IMG/VR virus record: IMGVR_UViG_3300011268_001497
Location: 1 to 64,000 of that record
Direction: 5' to 3' (one strand)
From: a virus
DNA: 64,000 nucleotides
The notes beneath the pieces are model-generated. The model saw nothing but the letters and a program-made list of their open reading frames with translations, did no database searches and was not told the origin of the DNA. A program made the translations under genes and the position numbers. Positions 47,901 through 57,249 of the stretch are shown in pieces (position 1 is the stretch's first letter; every line of letters starts with the position of its first letter).

Positions 47901-48472
47901 GCTCGGTCGAGTCAATTTATCCACGCCTTCCTTCCGGTGAGCCAATATCTTTAGAGCTTTATAAAGCTGATGGGGGAGATTTTGTTGAACTTTCTTCGAC
48001 CAACGGAACTGACCTTAATGGAGGCGATTTCGATTCCGGAGCAGCCAATTCGATCAGGGCATTCAATGGTGGAGATTTCGATAGAGGTGGTTCTGCTTAC
48101 AATCAACTACCTTCGGATCCGACCACGATTCCACGCGGCAACAACTCCGTAAACACTGAAGAGGAGTACGGATCTGTTGTGGTTGATGCTGGCGGCAATG
48201 CCATTTCAACTGTACTTCTCCCTGGCGCAGAAGGTGATGCTGTCTCTGTTTTCAATGAAGCTGTTGACACCGAGGTTATTGACAAGATCAGTGTCGCCCT
48301 GTCTGAACATCATTATACCTTTATTGGCTTCAATTATGGCGTATTCCAGAACGATGTCTTAGGTTACAATATTGACTTCGGCTCAATAGACGAGCCAAGT
48401 GTTGAAGATCTAGACTTCAGTGGCATTGTAGACTATGTCGAGCCTTCGTTTAGCTCTGGGCTTCTTGACTAG
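44972..48472 (+). CDS. large tail/baseplate protein with two clusters of thrombospondin type 3-like Ca-binding repeats
   Basis: 1166 aa; DQDNDGIPDAEDDDIDGDDILNTVDPDTGNDGILDEKDSDGDGTSDSLDKDDDDNDIPD and DTDNDGTKDWMDFDKDNDGISDEEDEDANANGIIDEE (DxDxDG-type loops). Confidence 0.7.
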   Translation: MAYINTATKNFVYVNNIDVSENVIQGSVSEESPLASNIISSTGELTLGGFSNAFSVYDFHKTQFPVGSKVKIYCQLDDGQLYLHPRGTLYVINSSVDINAEQLKLEIGCSLAFLKQYESSYTSSVQSLFGFAPAGHKNVVDYDNYDLGTLDQLLKAYGITIYQDKWGNIQQIEEFPTSDTASKITFYDLYSSINIESTGGDFISADRLEATFSVDIPVTEADVDDDQDNDGIPDAEDDDIDGDDILNTVDPDTGNDGILDEKDSDGDGTSDSLDKDDDDNDIPDIEEPEKPKEEEIPDEPDGETPPPSWDEASIEKTINYSGIRVKPDDDYNLITNGEYGIDGLGLTTDKGSGTKWIPANCGSYRKPITEEQKKQDIVFPYLKHALSAEAFSDDPGSAKTATRSISYYEAIGNQISSSRSEEYSLSQEYASGPINAYCESVVNVFNGHKDWANEVFKEAAEFAKQAVEAAEESLYLRAGKPENEPYTKKEERLQNAALFYFCLKDDRIDWGLKGLRTGLFFLRYGCESLATSGTLWNLSSATDTTYEYYTSGQQSRVVTKTYVHICTLDWVKNRHTFDYLSVKNNGNVMPNLYLPNELVESTTQIVEYSYFKTYTEERTTFVDHINPANSTVSVKRSSNTSANPEMSPNEEQADLGLKEEDPTGSSTSYNPVESDTDNDGTKDWMDFDKDNDGISDEEDEDANANGIIDEEEEEQPEDTIVETQTAKYCDDKTESTDITVSYANVSSSTIQSGGAWFGNKRTSVESVSFPIQFKPTVGIEVAGVCIKPNYNSVIASREALVRRYLQRQMLKSVGDNLGFRVTEKMRANLFEYYPYYPCDLQLSSINKTFRCRSAASTWAFDSTNAICSIDLFVIKEVQNAVFSDPFANTVHAYTSGSSNAYFSTQNLNIPETAQQIEIMSLPENGELIFNGLSVELSQVIDVQDITSSNFYFVPNSSSSTRISFLYQAYNYDGDAISSVESIYPRLPSGEPISLELYKADGGDFVELSSTNGTDLNGGDFDSGAANSIRAFNGGDFDRGGSAYNQLPSDPTTIPRGNNSVNTEEEYGSVVVDAGGNAISTVLLPGAEGDAVSVFNEAVDTEVIDKISVALSEHHYTFIGFNYGVFQNDVLGYNIDFGSIDEPSVEDLDFSGIVDYVEPSFSSGLLD

Positions 48473-48499
48473 GCACACTAGTACAGCTTATGGGTTTAA

Positions 48500-48919
48500 A
48501 TGGCTGCAGTAGTCTTGAGCTATTTAGCCAGAAGGGCTGAGCAGTTTTATGTAAATAAAACATATCAATTTCTGCTGTTAAACGTTACAACAACAGCCAC
48601 GTTTGGCGCGACCGCGAGCTACAATGACATTCTGCCTTATGAGCTTACTTCGGAAGACGGGGGGTATAGCAGGATTGAATTTACCTATGCTTCTTCAGAC
48701 ATAGTAACGACCTCTTCTGGTATTCGGCTAAAGAGAAAAACGGCAAGATTTGTGCATGATAATTCGCAGAGTACTTTGCGCTATACGCATTACGCGATTG
48801 TAGAAAGAGCCAACGATAGCTACTACCTTGTTAAGGTCGAGGCAATGCCCAGTCGTGTGATATTGACGAATGGCATGATATCGGAAATCTCTACTAGACT
48901 CACAATTCCAACAATCTAA
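48500..48919 (+). CDS. hypothetical tail protein (139 aa)
   Basis: ORF track; in tail block. Confidence 0.55.
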   Translation: MAAVVLSYLARRAEQFYVNKTYQFLLLNVTTTATFGATASYNDILPYELTSEDGGYSRIEFTYASSDIVTTSSGIRLKRKTARFVHDNSQSTLRYTHYAIVERANDSYYLVKVEAMPSRVILTNGMISEISTRLTIPTI

Positions 48920-49185
48920 TGACAACAGGAAAGGATCTGGTTGAGTTTTTAGCACAGACGGCCCAAGAGAACCGCCTGAAGACTATCGAGAACGTTTATT
49001 ACGGCAAAGGAGGCTTGGCTTCAAACTTCAAGGCTGAATGGCGAGGTTTTGAAAAGAATAACAAGAGCACAGTTAAAGTGCAAGGTAAGTTGATGAATGT
49101 AAGGACAATTGGTACTGTTGGCATTCAAAAAGGCGCCCAGACTGTTTTGCGTGTTGGCCAGGGAATGCTAGCCGCAAACTGGTGA
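48919..49185 (+). CDS. hypothetical tail protein (88 aa)
   Basis: ORF track; TAATG overlap. Confidence 0.5.
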   Translation: MTTGKDLVEFLAQTAQENRLKTIENVYYGKGGLASNFKAEWRGFEKNNKSTVKVQGKLMNVRTIGTVGIQKGAQTVLRVGQGMLAANW

Positions 49186-49186
49186 C

Positions 49187-51082
49187 ATGAGTCTTTACGA
49201 TAATATCAAAGCTTATTCCGATAATGCTCGGATGTTAATGCTGGCTAAACTTAGCCAGATGAATCAAGGTGCTACCATTGGAAGATTTATAGGATACACT
49301 TCGTCAGGGAAAAAGCTTTTTGAGGTCAATGGTAAGATTGTTGTCGCAAAGTCAACAGGCCAGATAGACGTATCTGAATACCATAAAGTCGTCATTGACG
49401 AAGCCGGAACAGCAGAATATCAAAAGAAGAAGAAAAAGAAACCTGAGAAGCCGAAGCAGAAGAAAAGAGCAGCAAAGCGCCAAGCGAAACCGAAACCAGG
49501 CAGAGTTCATATTTTTGAAGATGATCAGCCTGGCAGCTATTTAGTTAAGTACAGCGTGGATCCTAATAGTATGTTTGACTTTTGGGGCTGGCGATTGAAT
49601 TTTAATGGACTTTATACTCAAAACACAAGCGGCTCTGCTACTCAGGTTATACCTAAAAACGACTGGGATCCCTTTTTTGATCCAAGCAAGCTGGTTATAT
49701 TTTGTAGAACTTTTACCAATACCGATACCGGAGGATTTCCTCCTGATTTTGCCGAAGCTAATGCTTCCATTGGAACAGTCACTTCGTCTTCTTCCGGTGA
49801 TAGAGTTACATCTATTAATGGTGGCATCCAATATGGATATCAAAACCAGTCAGTAAACTGCTCAAGTGGCCCGCTGGATTTTAGCTATGCAGTAGCTAGC
49901 AGTGGTAGCTATGCTTTTGATCCAGACCCAAGCATTTTTTATTCTTTTGAAGGGGGCTTGCTTGAGTTTAAGCCAGCTGCCCATACCCCTTCTCTGGATG
50001 GCACGTCAGTAATTTTGAATGGAGTCAGAAGTATAAAAGATTGGGTTGGTGGTAATGTTCTGTTCGCAACTTTTATCGTATCAACTGCCGACTTGAGTGT
50101 AATAAGAGATGAAAATGGTGAAGCCGCGACTCTTCCTGTTGCAGAGTATAGTTCTTTAAAGACAAGGTATGTTGGCAAGATTAGATCTTACTTTATGCAC
50201 ATGCGCCTTGATATGTCAGATGGAACGTATGAGGTAAGAACAACGCTTGCGTCTGACATGGCTCCCGATCGCTTTAGGGATGATTATTTATTTTATGTAG
50301 ATCTAAGTTTTACAGACGTAAATGATGAAGAATATCCTGTTGCTAATTTTTCCTACGATTTATTTGATCTTAGGGACTGGTCAACGATTGCTGATGACGC
50401 TTTCGAAGATGACTGGATTTATGGTTTTCGAGATTTCTTTAAGGCTCATGCTAGTGACCTGAATTTTATACAGAGAGGGTATTACTTGGATTTTCTTAAA
50501 TCAAATCCAGCAGTCAATAGCCCGAATGATTTCAATAACCTCGCTTCCATCGAGTTCATGTTCAGCAGTCAGACGCTTTCGCCATATCTAGTTGATCTGG
50601 GCTACGAAAACCTTGAAAGTGTTTTGGCTGACTCAAGGCAAAAGACATCGGCAATTCTTCAATCTACAGATGAAGCAATTCCCGTAAAGAATTTTTTTGG
50701 CGGCACAGAAGATATTATTAGTTTTATACTAGCAGCTTTATACAAATACCCGACTGGGGTTTACCCTGGTGGCGCTATTAAGTCTGGATTCAAGTTGAGC
50801 TGGAAAGACCAAGATGCCAGCGATATTCTCGAAGAAAACGGAATAGAATTTCAGGGGGATCCAATTGCCTGCCTATTCCCCGCGAATATAGGCTTCAATC
50901 CTAGGCCCCAGGTGCCTGGACGCGGTAGTCCAAGTTATATAGCAGCACGAGCCTGGTTTCCTCCTTTCACTCAGGAAATAGAATCTCCGCCTCTATCTTC
51001 TGATGGCGTACCAGAAGGATTGGATCGGGACACCCCAGGAGTGTTGACCTACTTATGGCAACCAACGATCATATTATTTTGA
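49187..51082 (+). CDS. hypothetical tail protein (631 aa)
   Basis: ORF track; Lys-rich linker KKKKKKPEKPKQKKRAAKRQAKPKP near the N-terminus. Confidence 0.6.
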   Translation: MSLYDNIKAYSDNARMLMLAKLSQMNQGATIGRFIGYTSSGKKLFEVNGKIVVAKSTGQIDVSEYHKVVIDEAGTAEYQKKKKKKPEKPKQKKRAAKRQAKPKPGRVHIFEDDQPGSYLVKYSVDPNSMFDFWGWRLNFNGLYTQNTSGSATQVIPKNDWDPFFDPSKLVIFCRTFTNTDTGGFPPDFAEANASIGTVTSSSSGDRVTSINGGIQYGYQNQSVNCSSGPLDFSYAVASSGSYAFDPDPSIFYSFEGGLLEFKPAAHTPSLDGTSVILNGVRSIKDWVGGNVLFATFIVSTADLSVIRDENGEAATLPVAEYSSLKTRYVGKIRSYFMHMRLDMSDGTYEVRTTLASDMAPDRFRDDYLFYVDLSFTDVNDEEYPVANFSYDLFDLRDWSTIADDAFEDDWIYGFRDFFKAHASDLNFIQRGYYLDFLKSNPAVNSPNDFNNLASIEFMFSSQTLSPYLVDLGYENLESVLADSRQKTSAILQSTDEAIPVKNFFGGTEDIISFILAALYKYPTGVYPGGAIKSGFKLSWKDQDASDILEENGIEFQGDPIACLFPANIGFNPRPQVPGRGSPSYIAARAWFPPFTQEIESPPLSSDGVPEGLDRDTPGVLTYLWQPTIILF

Positions 51083-51113
51083 CAAGGTATCCTAGTAAAG
51101 CTTTTAGAGATAA

Positions 51114-52202
51114 ATGCCTCTCCAGCTCAGAAAGGGAACTGAAGCAGAAAGGACATCTGGCAATTTCGTCCCTGCTGTTGGAGAGCCTGTTTATACTGTT
51201 GATACTAAAAGAATTTTTGTTGGAGACGGACTGACTCCAGGTGGCAATTCGATTCTGTCTGGAATCAACTTAAGCGATGTTGGTGATGTTACGCTAAATA
51301 GCGAAAACTTTGCCACCATAACGCAGGTTCAGGTAACTTCTAATACTGTCCTAGTTACAACTGCTACTTCCCATCCATTTAATGCTGGCGATATTGTAAG
51401 TGTTACGCTTACCACGAATACGGCATTAAACGGAGCCTACGCTATTGGCCTGACGGCACTCCCGAATCAATTTACGTTTACAAAGACAACAGCAGACCTT
51501 GCGTCTGTTTCGGATCTTGGCAGGGCTCAAGAGATTACGACAGACGGCTCTGTTTTGACCTGGAATGCAGAGCAGAATGCGTGGGTCAACTTGCCTCCAG
51601 TTACTAGTATTTCCGCCTTAGAAGACGTTGCACTTACTAACTTGTCAGACGGCGAGATTTTAGTATATAATAATACTCTATCGAAATGGGAAAATGGACC
51701 CGTTGCAACTACTCTGGAAGCGCTTAGTGACGTAAATATTGCTAGCCCTGCAGACAATCAAGTTCTCGTCTATGATTCAACAACTTCTGCTTGGCAAAAC
51801 GAAACGCTCTCATTTTCTGGATTAGGCAGTAGATCGACGGCTTCGGCAACCACTGCATCTATCGCCGATAACGTGTCTGCTAACATTCAAATTACAGGGT
51901 TTAAGTCGTACATGCTGATGTCTGTCTCTGTGACAGCAGGATGCATAGTTACACTGTACACAAGCTCTGCGGCTAGAACAGCCGATAGTTCAAGGCTGTA
52001 TTACATCGACCCATTGCCAGGCAGTGGTGTTGTTGCTGAAATTATATTCAGCTCTGCTGCTACTCAAGTTATCACTCCTTCTTTGCTTGGCTTTAATGAT
52101 GACGCCACTCCATCTAATAACATATACGCAAGGGTGACCAACAGGTCTGGCGCATCTGCAGCTATCACTGTTACTTTGAAGCTCCTTCGACTGGAGGCAT
52201 GA
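51114..52202 (+). CDS. tail fibre-like protein
   Basis: 362 aa; N-terminus LQLRKGTEAERTSGNFVPAVGEPVYTVDTKRIFVGDGLTPGG (fibre N-terminal module) plus repeats L.DV....P.DNQVLVYDS..SAWQN. Confidence 0.6.
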   Translation: MPLQLRKGTEAERTSGNFVPAVGEPVYTVDTKRIFVGDGLTPGGNSILSGINLSDVGDVTLNSENFATITQVQVTSNTVLVTTATSHPFNAGDIVSVTLTTNTALNGAYAIGLTALPNQFTFTKTTADLASVSDLGRAQEITTDGSVLTWNAEQNAWVNLPPVTSISALEDVALTNLSDGEILVYNNTLSKWENGPVATTLEALSDVNIASPADNQVLVYDSTTSAWQNETLSFSGLGSRSTASATTASIADNVSANIQITGFKSYMLMSVSVTAGCIVTLYTSSAARTADSSRLYYIDPLPGSGVVAEIIFSSAATQVITPSLLGFNDDATPSNNIYARVTNRSGASAAITVTLKLLRLEA

Positions 52203-54415
52203 TGGAACTCAAGGAATATGTCGTCACGGTTTATAACGCTGAGGATCTCGGATCTATATATGAAGAGCTCGAAGCTAACTCAGGATCAGAGTTTATTCCC
52301 GATAGAGCTTGCGAGTGCCGTATTCGCCGACCACTGAGCAGAAATACCCACTATTATCTCACCGACGAAGAAGCTGCAAGATTAAAGCAGGATCCGCGAG
52401 TATGGGATGTTGATTTGACTCCAGAGGCATTGGGTATCGAAGTTCGGCGCTTTGAATATGCCGTGACCCAGAGTGGAGACTTTGATAAGAGTGCTTATGC
52501 AGACTCTAATAGCATTCAGTGGGGTCTGTATCGAAATTTCCAGGATGCACATGACTCCACATGGGCAATAGACGAAAATCCTGTTGTAAACAGAACTATT
52601 AACTATAACCTGACGGGCAAAGATGTTGATATCGTTATTGTCGATGACACCATAGATCCCATGCATCCTGAATGGAGTTCCACTCTAGACGGCACTGGCG
52701 ATAGTCGCTTTAAAGAAATTGACTGGTTTGGCCTTTACAGCAGTGCTGTAGACATACTGGACAATGACTCACAGACCGTACCAACTTATAAGTATTTATA
52801 TCACGTTAGCGATGATGACTCTCATGGACACTGCGTAGCTTCGTGCGCCGCCGGCAGCCGCCATGGGATGGCGAAAGATGCAAATATATACAATTTAGAG
52901 TTCAATCGACCCAAAATGGCAACATTTGCTGCAAGTACTAGCGGTAGCGTCATGACGGTTACTTACGTTTATCCAGACAGTCAGCCTTTAGTAGTTGGAG
53001 GTAGGATTGAGGGTCCTGGGATCTTCGGCTCTCGTACTATTTCTTCGTTTGGCACCGGGACAGGGAGAGTTGGTACATACAACCTGAGCTCTGCGGTAGA
53101 TGAAAACCGGTCGAGAGGAATCTTTACGCGCAAATGGACGGGAAGCGACTGGAGTCTACTTATGTTTGATTACCTAAGAGTATTCCACCGGAAAAAACCA
53201 ATCAACCCAGAGACGGGTAAGAGAAATCCTACAATTGCTAATTGCAGCTTTGGTTCCAGCTATGGATTCACGACTAGCAGCATTACTCAAGTTGTACACA
53301 GGGGTACAACCTACACCCCTTCAAACTTTACGCCATGGACAGCGCAAAATTTAAATAGCACATTTGGAGTACCTTATGAGTACTCTACAGTATCATACGT
53401 TCCTGCTATAAATACTGCAACAAAGGCAGATATTCAAGATGCTGTAAATGATGGTATCCTTTTTGTTCAAGCTGCTGGAAATAATGATCAGAAGATTGTC
53501 AAAAGCACAAATGTTGATTATAACAATACAGTGAGATACGGCGGAACGAACTATTACTATAACAGAGGGGACACGATGCAAAATATGGCAGACACTATCA
53601 TAGCCGGCTCCTGTACATCGAAATCATTAAACTTTAAGACTAGCTTCAGTGGATGGGGGGACAGAGTCGATGTATTTGCGGCCGGTGAAAACGTTTCTTG
53701 CGCTTCTGTTCTTTCGAAAGAAATAGGCTATATTAATCGAGTTGAGGTGAATAATAATGTGGCAACTTTTAGAATCGACTTGCCAACTTATGAACAGAGT
53801 GACCTGCTCTTTAATCTTTGGGGTAAAGAAGTTTGGATCAGTATTGATCAGGGGGCGACCATACCTCAAGGAGTTTATACGATTGAATCAATTCAATATG
53901 AGCCACTTAAGATTTATGCGACTTTGTTTAGTATTAACATAACACATCCCAATGTGCCTCAAACTAGTTCTAGCGGCATCTTGATTGGCAGTTATCAAGA
54001 CGATGGTAGGTATCCATTAGATACAAGAGACTTTCTAACATATCAAACATCAATTAGTGGCACTAGTTTTTCGGCTCCAAATGTAACCGGTCTCCTCGCT
54101 TGCTGGATGCAAGTCTACAGGAGGATGGATTACTTCACTGCTTGGGGTTTGTTACTTGACAAGGGAGCGTATGGCAACATGCTTGACTCAGGTACATCAA
54201 GCTACTCAACTGGCGAGGCTCTTGGTGGAGCCCCTAATCTTATTGCTGGATACGAAAACGACCCAGAATTTTATCCAAACGCCGACGAGAGGTTTACCGA
54301 AGGCTTGGTATATCCAAAAACAAATTACAAAAGCCGTTTTGATGTTCTTTTCAGGTCGACCGATTATACAAATGTTAAGTACATGGGCTTTCCTAGGATT
54401 TCCGTTTTGCGATAG
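52199..54415 (+). CDS. tail protein with subtilisin-like (S8) serine peptidase domain
   Basis: 738 aa; catalytic-type motifs in order: Asp VDIVIVDDTIDPMHPEW, His DDDSHGHCVASCAAG, oxyanion Asn FVQAAGNND, Ser SISGTSFSAPNVTGLLA. Confidence 0.75.
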   Translation: MMELKEYVVTVYNAEDLGSIYEELEANSGSEFIPDRACECRIRRPLSRNTHYYLTDEEAARLKQDPRVWDVDLTPEALGIEVRRFEYAVTQSGDFDKSAYADSNSIQWGLYRNFQDAHDSTWAIDENPVVNRTINYNLTGKDVDIVIVDDTIDPMHPEWSSTLDGTGDSRFKEIDWFGLYSSAVDILDNDSQTVPTYKYLYHVSDDDSHGHCVASCAAGSRHGMAKDANIYNLEFNRPKMATFAASTSGSVMTVTYVYPDSQPLVVGGRIEGPGIFGSRTISSFGTGTGRVGTYNLSSAVDENRSRGIFTRKWTGSDWSLLMFDYLRVFHRKKPINPETGKRNPTIANCSFGSSYGFTTSSITQVVHRGTTYTPSNFTPWTAQNLNSTFGVPYEYSTVSYVPAINTATKADIQDAVNDGILFVQAAGNNDQKIVKSTNVDYNNTVRYGGTNYYYNRGDTMQNMADTIIAGSCTSKSLNFKTSFSGWGDRVDVFAAGENVSCASVLSKEIGYINRVEVNNNVATFRIDLPTYEQSDLLFNLWGKEVWISIDQGATIPQGVYTIESIQYEPLKIYATLFSINITHPNVPQTSSSGILIGSYQDDGRYPLDTRDFLTYQTSISGTSFSAPNVTGLLACWMQVYRRMDYFTAWGLLLDKGAYGNMLDSGTSSYSTGEALGGAPNLIAGYENDPEFYPNADERFTEGLVYPKTNYKSRFDVLFRSTDYTNVKYMGFPRISVLR

Positions 54416-54433
54416 GTAACCTAGCGCGTCTTA

Positions 54434-54449
54434 AAGGGAGTGAGTCCCT
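54434..54449 (+). promoter_or_regulatory. leader-like motif AAGGGAgtgagTCCC upstream of the scaffold gene
   Basis: cttaAAGGGAGTGAGTCCCtaacaacATG; same GGGA-N-TCCC design as the early-cassette leaders but 7 nt from the ATG. Confidence 0.4.
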
Positions 54450-54455
54450 AACAAC

Positions 54456-55193
54456 ATGGCCGAAGAAAACACTCAAACATCCGAGATGGATGTAGTGAGC
54501 CAGGATACAGCTCAATCTGATTCTGGGCAAGACGTAAAGACGTACTCGCCAGACGAAGTAGCAAACTTGATGAAAGCCTTGCGTTCCGAGCGCGAAGCCC
54601 GGAAAACATACGAAAGGCAAATCAAGGAGAAAGAACAGCAGCTTGAAAAGTTTGCTGAAATCAATCCGGCTGAGTATCAAAAGCTTCAAGCTGATGCAGC
54701 ACGGGCCGCTGAAATTGAATCTCGCTACGGCGAATCAATTCGGGCAATCGAAGAGAAATACGGTCGTCAGGCCGCAGAGGCTGAAGCTAAGGCACGAGAA
54801 GCCGAGAGCAGGATTAACGAATTCCAAAAGAGATACGCATTGGAGAAGGTGTTTATCTCTGCCGGCGGCCGAACCGATGCTGCTGATGGAGTTTCGTTCT
54901 TTGACATGTTCGCCGAGCAGCTTAGCAGCCGGTTTAGACAGGAGATCGACGGTTCCTTGACTGTTGTCGATGGGCAAGGCGATCCAATCCTGGACAGCGA
55001 AACCGGCAAGCGAATCACTCCAGACGAGTATATTACAAGCTTCAAAGTTCACCCTGTTTACGGCACCTTCTTCAAGGGTGTTAAGGGCTCTGGTGCTGGC
55101 TTGAACTATGCTGGGACTGACAGTAATGGTATGCCCGTAGAGGATCTATCCGGCTTGTCGAGAGACGAGTTGTTCATGAGAGCATTCGGATAA
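54456..55193 (+). CDS. putative scaffolding protein
   Basis: 245 aa; acidic N-terminus, long charged coiled-coil; directly upstream of the capsid gene. Confidence 0.6.
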   Translation: MAEENTQTSEMDVVSQDTAQSDSGQDVKTYSPDEVANLMKALRSEREARKTYERQIKEKEQQLEKFAEINPAEYQKLQADAARAAEIESRYGESIRAIEEKYGRQAAEAEAKAREAESRINEFQKRYALEKVFISAGGRTDAADGVSFFDMFAEQLSSRFRQEIDGSLTVVDGQGDPILDSETGKRITPDEYITSFKVHPVYGTFFKGVKGSGAGLNYAGTDSNGMPVEDLSGLSRDELFMRAFG

Positions 55194-55203
55194 ATAGCAG
55201 AAG

Positions 55204-55223
55204 GCCCCGAAAGGGGCTTTTTT
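55204..55223 (+). terminator. rho-independent terminator
   Basis: GCCCC-GAAA-GGGGC followed by TTTTTT. Confidence 0.8.
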
Positions 55224-55377
55224 ATTGGGAAGAATAAAGATTTTGGAACTATATGTTAGAAAGCACCCGGTTTTGACTGGCCGTGATGGTTAGACAGGCA
55301 GGGTGTTCCGATGTCGGGGCGAGACGCTCTGAACACGTTTCACCTTTCCTTTTTGCCCATCAAGGAGTCCATCTAAA

Positions 55378-56280
55378 ATGGCTTTAAATCTGTCCGAAGC
55401 CAAGAAGCACGCCCGTAATCCCCAAGAGCTGGCTGTTGTTTCTGAGCTTGCCGCCGGCCCTCTGCTGAGCGTTCTTCCTTTCCGTGACATCCAGGGCAAT
55501 GGCCTGTTCTGGAAGCGTGAGGAGTCCCTCGGCGACGTGGGTTTCCGTAACTACAACGCTACCTATGGCGAAGCCTATGCCGAGGTGAGCCAGCAGTCTG
55601 AGAGCCTCCGTCTGTTCGGTGGCGACATCAAGATTGACCGTGCCATCCTCGACCTCGAAGGCGCTGAGTCCCGTGCCTATCAGGTGCAGGCTAAGACCCG
55701 TGCAATGCGTCTGGCTTGGGAATCGCTGTTCATCAATGGCGACTCCAACCAGTCCCCCAGTGAGTTCGACGGTCTTGCCGCTCGTCTGCCTGCCGGCGAT
55801 TATGCCAGCAACAGCCAGGTGATCCGTAACGCTTCCAGCGCTGCTGCTCTGGATCTGGGCGCTCTGGACGAGGCTATCGATGCTGTGGATGCCCAGGGTG
55901 GCACCAAGTATCTGGTTATGTCGAAGTCGGCTCGCCGTCATCTGACTGCCGCTGCTCGTAGCACCAACCAGATTACAATCAACCGGAATGATTTCGGTTA
56001 CCAGCAGATGGAGTATGCTGGTCTGCCCGTGATCGAGCTTGATCGTGATCATCAGAACGCTCCCATCCTGGATGCGTCTCCTTCTGATCAGTCGATCTAT
56101 GTGGTGACCTTCGGCAACGACCTGCTGACCGGCATCCAGAACGGTGGCATCCAAGTGCGTGACCTTGGTGAATCCACTGCTTCTCCTCAGGTTGTGATCC
56201 GCGTTGAGTGGTACTGCGGTCTGGCAATGATCAACGGTCGTGCCGCTGCTCGTCTGACCAATGTGAACGCTACCGCCTGA
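55378..56280 (+). CDS. major capsid protein (HK97-fold type)
   Basis: 300 aa after scaffold; capsid-like motifs (SPSEFDGLAARL, YLVMSKSARRHL); very strong G/C-ending codon bias; terminators on both sides. Confidence 0.8.
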   Translation: MALNLSEAKKHARNPQELAVVSELAAGPLLSVLPFRDIQGNGLFWKREESLGDVGFRNYNATYGEAYAEVSQQSESLRLFGGDIKIDRAILDLEGAESRAYQVQAKTRAMRLAWESLFINGDSNQSPSEFDGLAARLPAGDYASNSQVIRNASSAAALDLGALDEAIDAVDAQGGTKYLVMSKSARRHLTAAARSTNQITINRNDFGYQQMEYAGLPVIELDRDHQNAPILDASPSDQSIYVVTFGNDLLTGIQNGGIQVRDLGESTASPQVVIRVEWYCGLAMINGRAAARLTNVNATA

Positions 56281-56310
56281 TTCCGTTAAACTGGAAGAGT
56301 GTGAGGGGCA

Positions 56311-56339
56311 ACGGGGGACTTCGGTCCCTCGTTTTTTTT
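56311..56339 (+). terminator. rho-independent terminator after the capsid gene
   Basis: ACGGGGGAC-TTCG-GTCCCTCGT followed by TTTTTTT. Confidence 0.85.
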
Positions 56340-56418
56340 GTGAATAATTAGGAAACATACTGTAGAACCAAGGTCAGACTACGCTGTAGGCGTTGGTTTT
56401 AAACTCTCTTTTAACATT

Positions 56419-56769
56419 ATGGCCGCTAAGTCTACCGGGCTTTTCCCCCGCGAAAAATTTGATCTCGACGCCAATATGGTCGTGACTACGTCCGACCGCG
56501 ATCCTGGTGTCACCCTGAAGTACATCAAGACCATCCGCTGCATCCTGATCGGTGCCAGCATCACTGGCAACGCAACCGTGACCTTCAACGTGGGCGGCCG
56601 TGACGTGGTGTTCGGCGCTGGCGATCTGGATGAGAACGGCGTGGGCATTGCCCATGTTCGTGGCGCTCTGTGCGACGCTGACAACCTCGTGAAGTACACC
56701 ATTGCCGCCGGTACTGGTGCCGCTTCCGTGGGCGCCGCCTATCTGGACGTTGTGGAGAACGTGGCCTGA
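56419..56769 (+). CDS. hypothetical virion protein, possible capsid decoration protein
   Basis: 116 aa; capsid-like codon bias; own terminator; function from size and position only. Confidence 0.45.
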   Translation: MAAKSTGLFPREKFDLDANMVVTTSDRDPGVTLKYIKTIRCILIGASITGNATVTFNVGGRDVVFGAGDLDENGVGIAHVRGALCDADNLVKYTIAAGTGAASVGAAYLDVVENVA

Positions 56770-56792
56770 TCTTTGATCAGCCGGAATAATAA

Positions 56793-56816
56793 GGGTGGCT
56801 TAGGTCACCCTTTTTT
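56793..56816 (+). terminator. rho-independent terminator
   Basis: GGGTGGCTTAGGTCACCC followed by TTTTTT. Confidence 0.75.
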
Positions 56817-56819
56817 ATT

Positions 56820-57038
56820 ATGCATTTACCGGAGCTTCCTACCGTATTCGTCAAGGCCGGCGAAGAGCGTAAGGTTTATTTCACCGTTCAAGCTCGCGAA
56901 CTGTTGGCGCAGGGGTGGGTAGAAAAAACTGAAGTGCCTCCGACTCCGGTCGTCGAGGAAAAAAAAGAAACAGCAAAACCTGAGCCAAAGACTCGCGGGA
57001 CTAAGGCAAAGGTTGAATTCATTGAGGAAGATAAGTGA
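56820..57038 (+). CDS. hypothetical protein (72 aa)
   Basis: ORF track. Confidence 0.45.
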   Translation: MHLPELPTVFVKAGEERKVYFTVQARELLAQGWVEKTEVPPTPVVEEKKETAKPEPKTRGTKAKVEFIEEDK

Positions 57039-57220
57039 GTCAAGAGATTGAGTACCTAGCAGGGCCTAGATACATCGATGGAGTCAATTTAGATATTGAC
57101 ATCGTTGCGGCCCATCCTGAGATCAAGGTTCGCGATGTAGCTGATCCCGTGAACGATGGCAGTCTGGGTACTCCTTCTTATGTCCAGAGCGCGACGAATA
57201 AAGACGGTTCCATGTTCTGA
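57035..57220 (+). CDS. hypothetical protein (61 aa)
   Basis: ORF track; GTGA overlap with previous stop. Confidence 0.45.
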   Translation: MSQEIEYLAGPRYIDGVNLDIDIVAAHPEIKVRDVADPVNDGSLGTPSYVQSATNKDGSMF

Positions 57221-57249
57221 GCGGAAGACTAACAAAAAGAAAAGTCAAA

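Noticed and set aside
55384-56358. 324-aa minus-strand ORF covering the whole capsid gene
   Set aside because: It lies antisense to a gene with strong G/C-ending codon bias, which suppresses stops on the opposite strand. Its low-complexity Gly/Ser/Thr/Leu-rich translation is not protein-like. The + strand product has capsid features and a scaffold/terminator context.
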